Source: Basidiobolus meristosporus CBS 931.73 (Eukaryota > Fungi > Basidiobolomycota). From it: DNA of 64,000 nucleotides. The DNA lies in NCBI GenBank assembly GCA_002104905.1, contig MCFE01000253.1, forward strand, positions 1 to 64,000. Direction: 5' to 3'. The notes beneath the pieces were generated by a model, which saw nothing but the letters and a program-made list of their open reading frames with translations, was not told the origin of the DNA and did not search any database. Position numbers and translations under genes: made by a program. This document shows positions 62,001-64,000 of this stretch, piece by piece (the stretch's first letter is position 1; every line of letters starts with the position of its first letter).

Positions 62001-63461
62001 CGAGCCTTACATGAATCGTAAGGCCCAGCAACCGTGACTTGCTGAGGAGATGTGAAGCGTTCGACGGTCTGATTAGGATATTGAGTGTGTACTCTCGAGT
62101 AATGGCTGATTTTGCGGTCTATCGCTTTGAGTTGGCTCTCGAGAGGGAAGTTTCCTTGGGCGTCTTAGAGGGGTTGTCTTGAAAAGAGTTTGCATTTAAA
62201 GAGACTACCGTATGAATAGAACTTGGCATTTGTTGGATGATAATATCTTTGGTGGAATTTGAGGAGGTTTTCATGGGTGAGATCTGTGATGTGTTGTGGA
62301 TCACCACCAGCAATGTAGCCGTAAGCGGTCCCGGGGAACAGTTTTTGTTGGGCACGGCAGTAGAAGAGTGTCCCAGGGTCAGCCTAACATTCCCTCGCTT
62401 AGAGCAGATGACAACGATAGCTATGGTGGACAACAACCTACCAATGCACCTTTCATCTCGTTATAAACCACGCCCTTAAACACGAGTGGAGAATGAGGAT
62501 CTTATCAACTCGGTTAGGAAGCCCTATCTTCTGATAATCCTATTTGAATGTCACCTACTGCCCACAAACTCGTTCTCGATACGCCAACCTTCTTGCAGAA
62601 AGTCTAATTCGAGTAATTTTGGCGCAAATACTGCATCCAAGAAGACATCGCGAAGATTATTGTAATCAACTAGATTTTGTGTGGAGAATGGGTAATGCGT
62701 GTAGTCACACTCTGGTGAACAGAGAAAAGCAGATGGTTATTATCTCTAACCGGGTCATATTGTCCTATATCACTGTGGGCACTACCTGTCAAAGCATTCA
62801 TAAAGGTTGATAGTGAACGGTTTGCCATTTTGAAGTATGGATCCCGAATGGGGTATTTCTCAGAACTGCAGAGCACTGTATGTTCCTATATGTACGTGTT
62901 GAGAAAAAACCGAACTCCAATCAGGCTCGGATCCCTCCAACATACCAAAATATGAGCAGCGCCAGTGTCATCCGTCGGGGGAGTAGAGAAGCCGACGCTT
63001 TAGACAACAGTATGAACATTCTGCCATGCAATAGCCAAATTCGCTTGAGAGCAATACCTAAACACGTTATTCCTGTCGTCACAGCCCAGGTGAAGATATT
63101 CGGCGCCAGTTTTTTCGTGGTTTAATTTGATCGCGGTCAGGCGGAATTCTCGCACTTCTCTAACCTACGTGAGACGACGAAAATTTCGAATCGACAGCAA
63201 GTTTGTAGAGATCATAGGCGACACTAACTTCTTCCACTTTAAATCCGTGAACTGTTTCCCCCAATACAAAGGTGGCTATGTTTATGACCAGGTCAATACT
63301 TTTCAGGTAGAAGTGAAGATTTTGCTATGCTCCTTACATTCTTCATAGCTGGTTTGTGAGTGGAATTTTTTTACAAGACGGATAGCTGTGTAAGACGACG
63401 CATTGATGCTGGCTAACCTAGAGCTTACTAGAGACGCGGTATATCGAGCTGGACGCAACAT
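59015..63461 (-). CDS. CYM1: Mitochondrial presequence protease (PreP/Cym1, peptidase M16C), multi-exon
   Basis: Spliced translation gives a targeting-like [16 protein letters not shown] start, [33 protein letters not shown]|[20 protein letters not shown] (HXXEH), [30 protein letters not shown] and EAKLAIF. Short GT..AG introns. Not all exon boundaries were traced. Confidence 0.92.
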
Positions 63462-64000
63462 GCTGTTGGATTGCCGATTAGAAGCGATCGTACCGGAATC
63501 CTCGATGAGAATACTAAGCTCGAATTAAAATCACTGAAATGAGAAAATTCCCTAGCATTTGACATCGTGCATATAGCGAATTACCTAAATCTGCATTACA
63601 CTTCGGTCAGTGGAGATTACTTAAATCTGCATCGAGCCAGGAGCGGAAATCGGAAACCTGGAGCAAAGATCGAAGGTTACCTAGCCTTGTTCTGTTCAGC
63701 CAACAACCGAGACCAAGCGGGTGTAGGATCCGTTGCTGTTGCTGCTGTTGCAAGCATGAAGGCTGTCGATGGTTGGTCGATCGACAAACAAATTCAATGA
63801 AGAGAGAAGTTGGCTGATCAAAAAGCAGAAGATACGGTGGCCAATCGGAGGATTTAGCATGAGGCATTCCATCTCCAATCGTTTGACATGACATTTCCCA
63901 TTGCCAAGTAGACATCCGCCGCACGTTGGATTAAGCCAGCCCCTGGTGGATTTAACCAAAAGTGCTCAGCAGGCTAATCTCAGTGGCCCACGGGCACCTT

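Noticed and set aside
63550-64000. Short ORFs at the window end
   Set aside because: No recognisable motif; the region is upstream of CYM1 and any gene here is cut by the window edge.

Overview
This is eukaryotic DNA, most likely from a large, repeat-bloated fungal genome; the species cannot be determined from the window. Positions 1 to ~52.5 kb are an almost gene-free, CpG-depleted stack of nested transposons. It holds Ty3/Gypsy copies (one near-complete, 20690-29033), two Ty1/Copia families (one near-complete, 41560-46238), solo LTRs and two CACTA/EnSpm-like remnants. It also holds a PHIS (PIF/Harbinger-superfamily) DNA transposon family with AGACTTGTTC termini and 3-bp ANT target duplications. 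That family has one young two-ORF autonomous copy (22898-26300), several decayed copies and a ~730-bp foldback (hairpin) MITE. From ~52.9 kb the DNA turns abruptly CpG-rich and carries minus-strand host genes: an unidentified locus, a homeobox gene, a divergent Polo-like kinase and an intron-rich presequence protease (Cym1/PreP). The most interesting signals are flip-flop isomers and concerted arm evolution in the hairpin MITE, a CpG-rich ORF2 beside a CpG-free transposase, two PHIS insertions 36 bp apart in the Ty3 RT start, and a Polo-box domain naturally carrying the W414F-equivalent substitution. No rRNA, tRNA or CRISPR array was seen.
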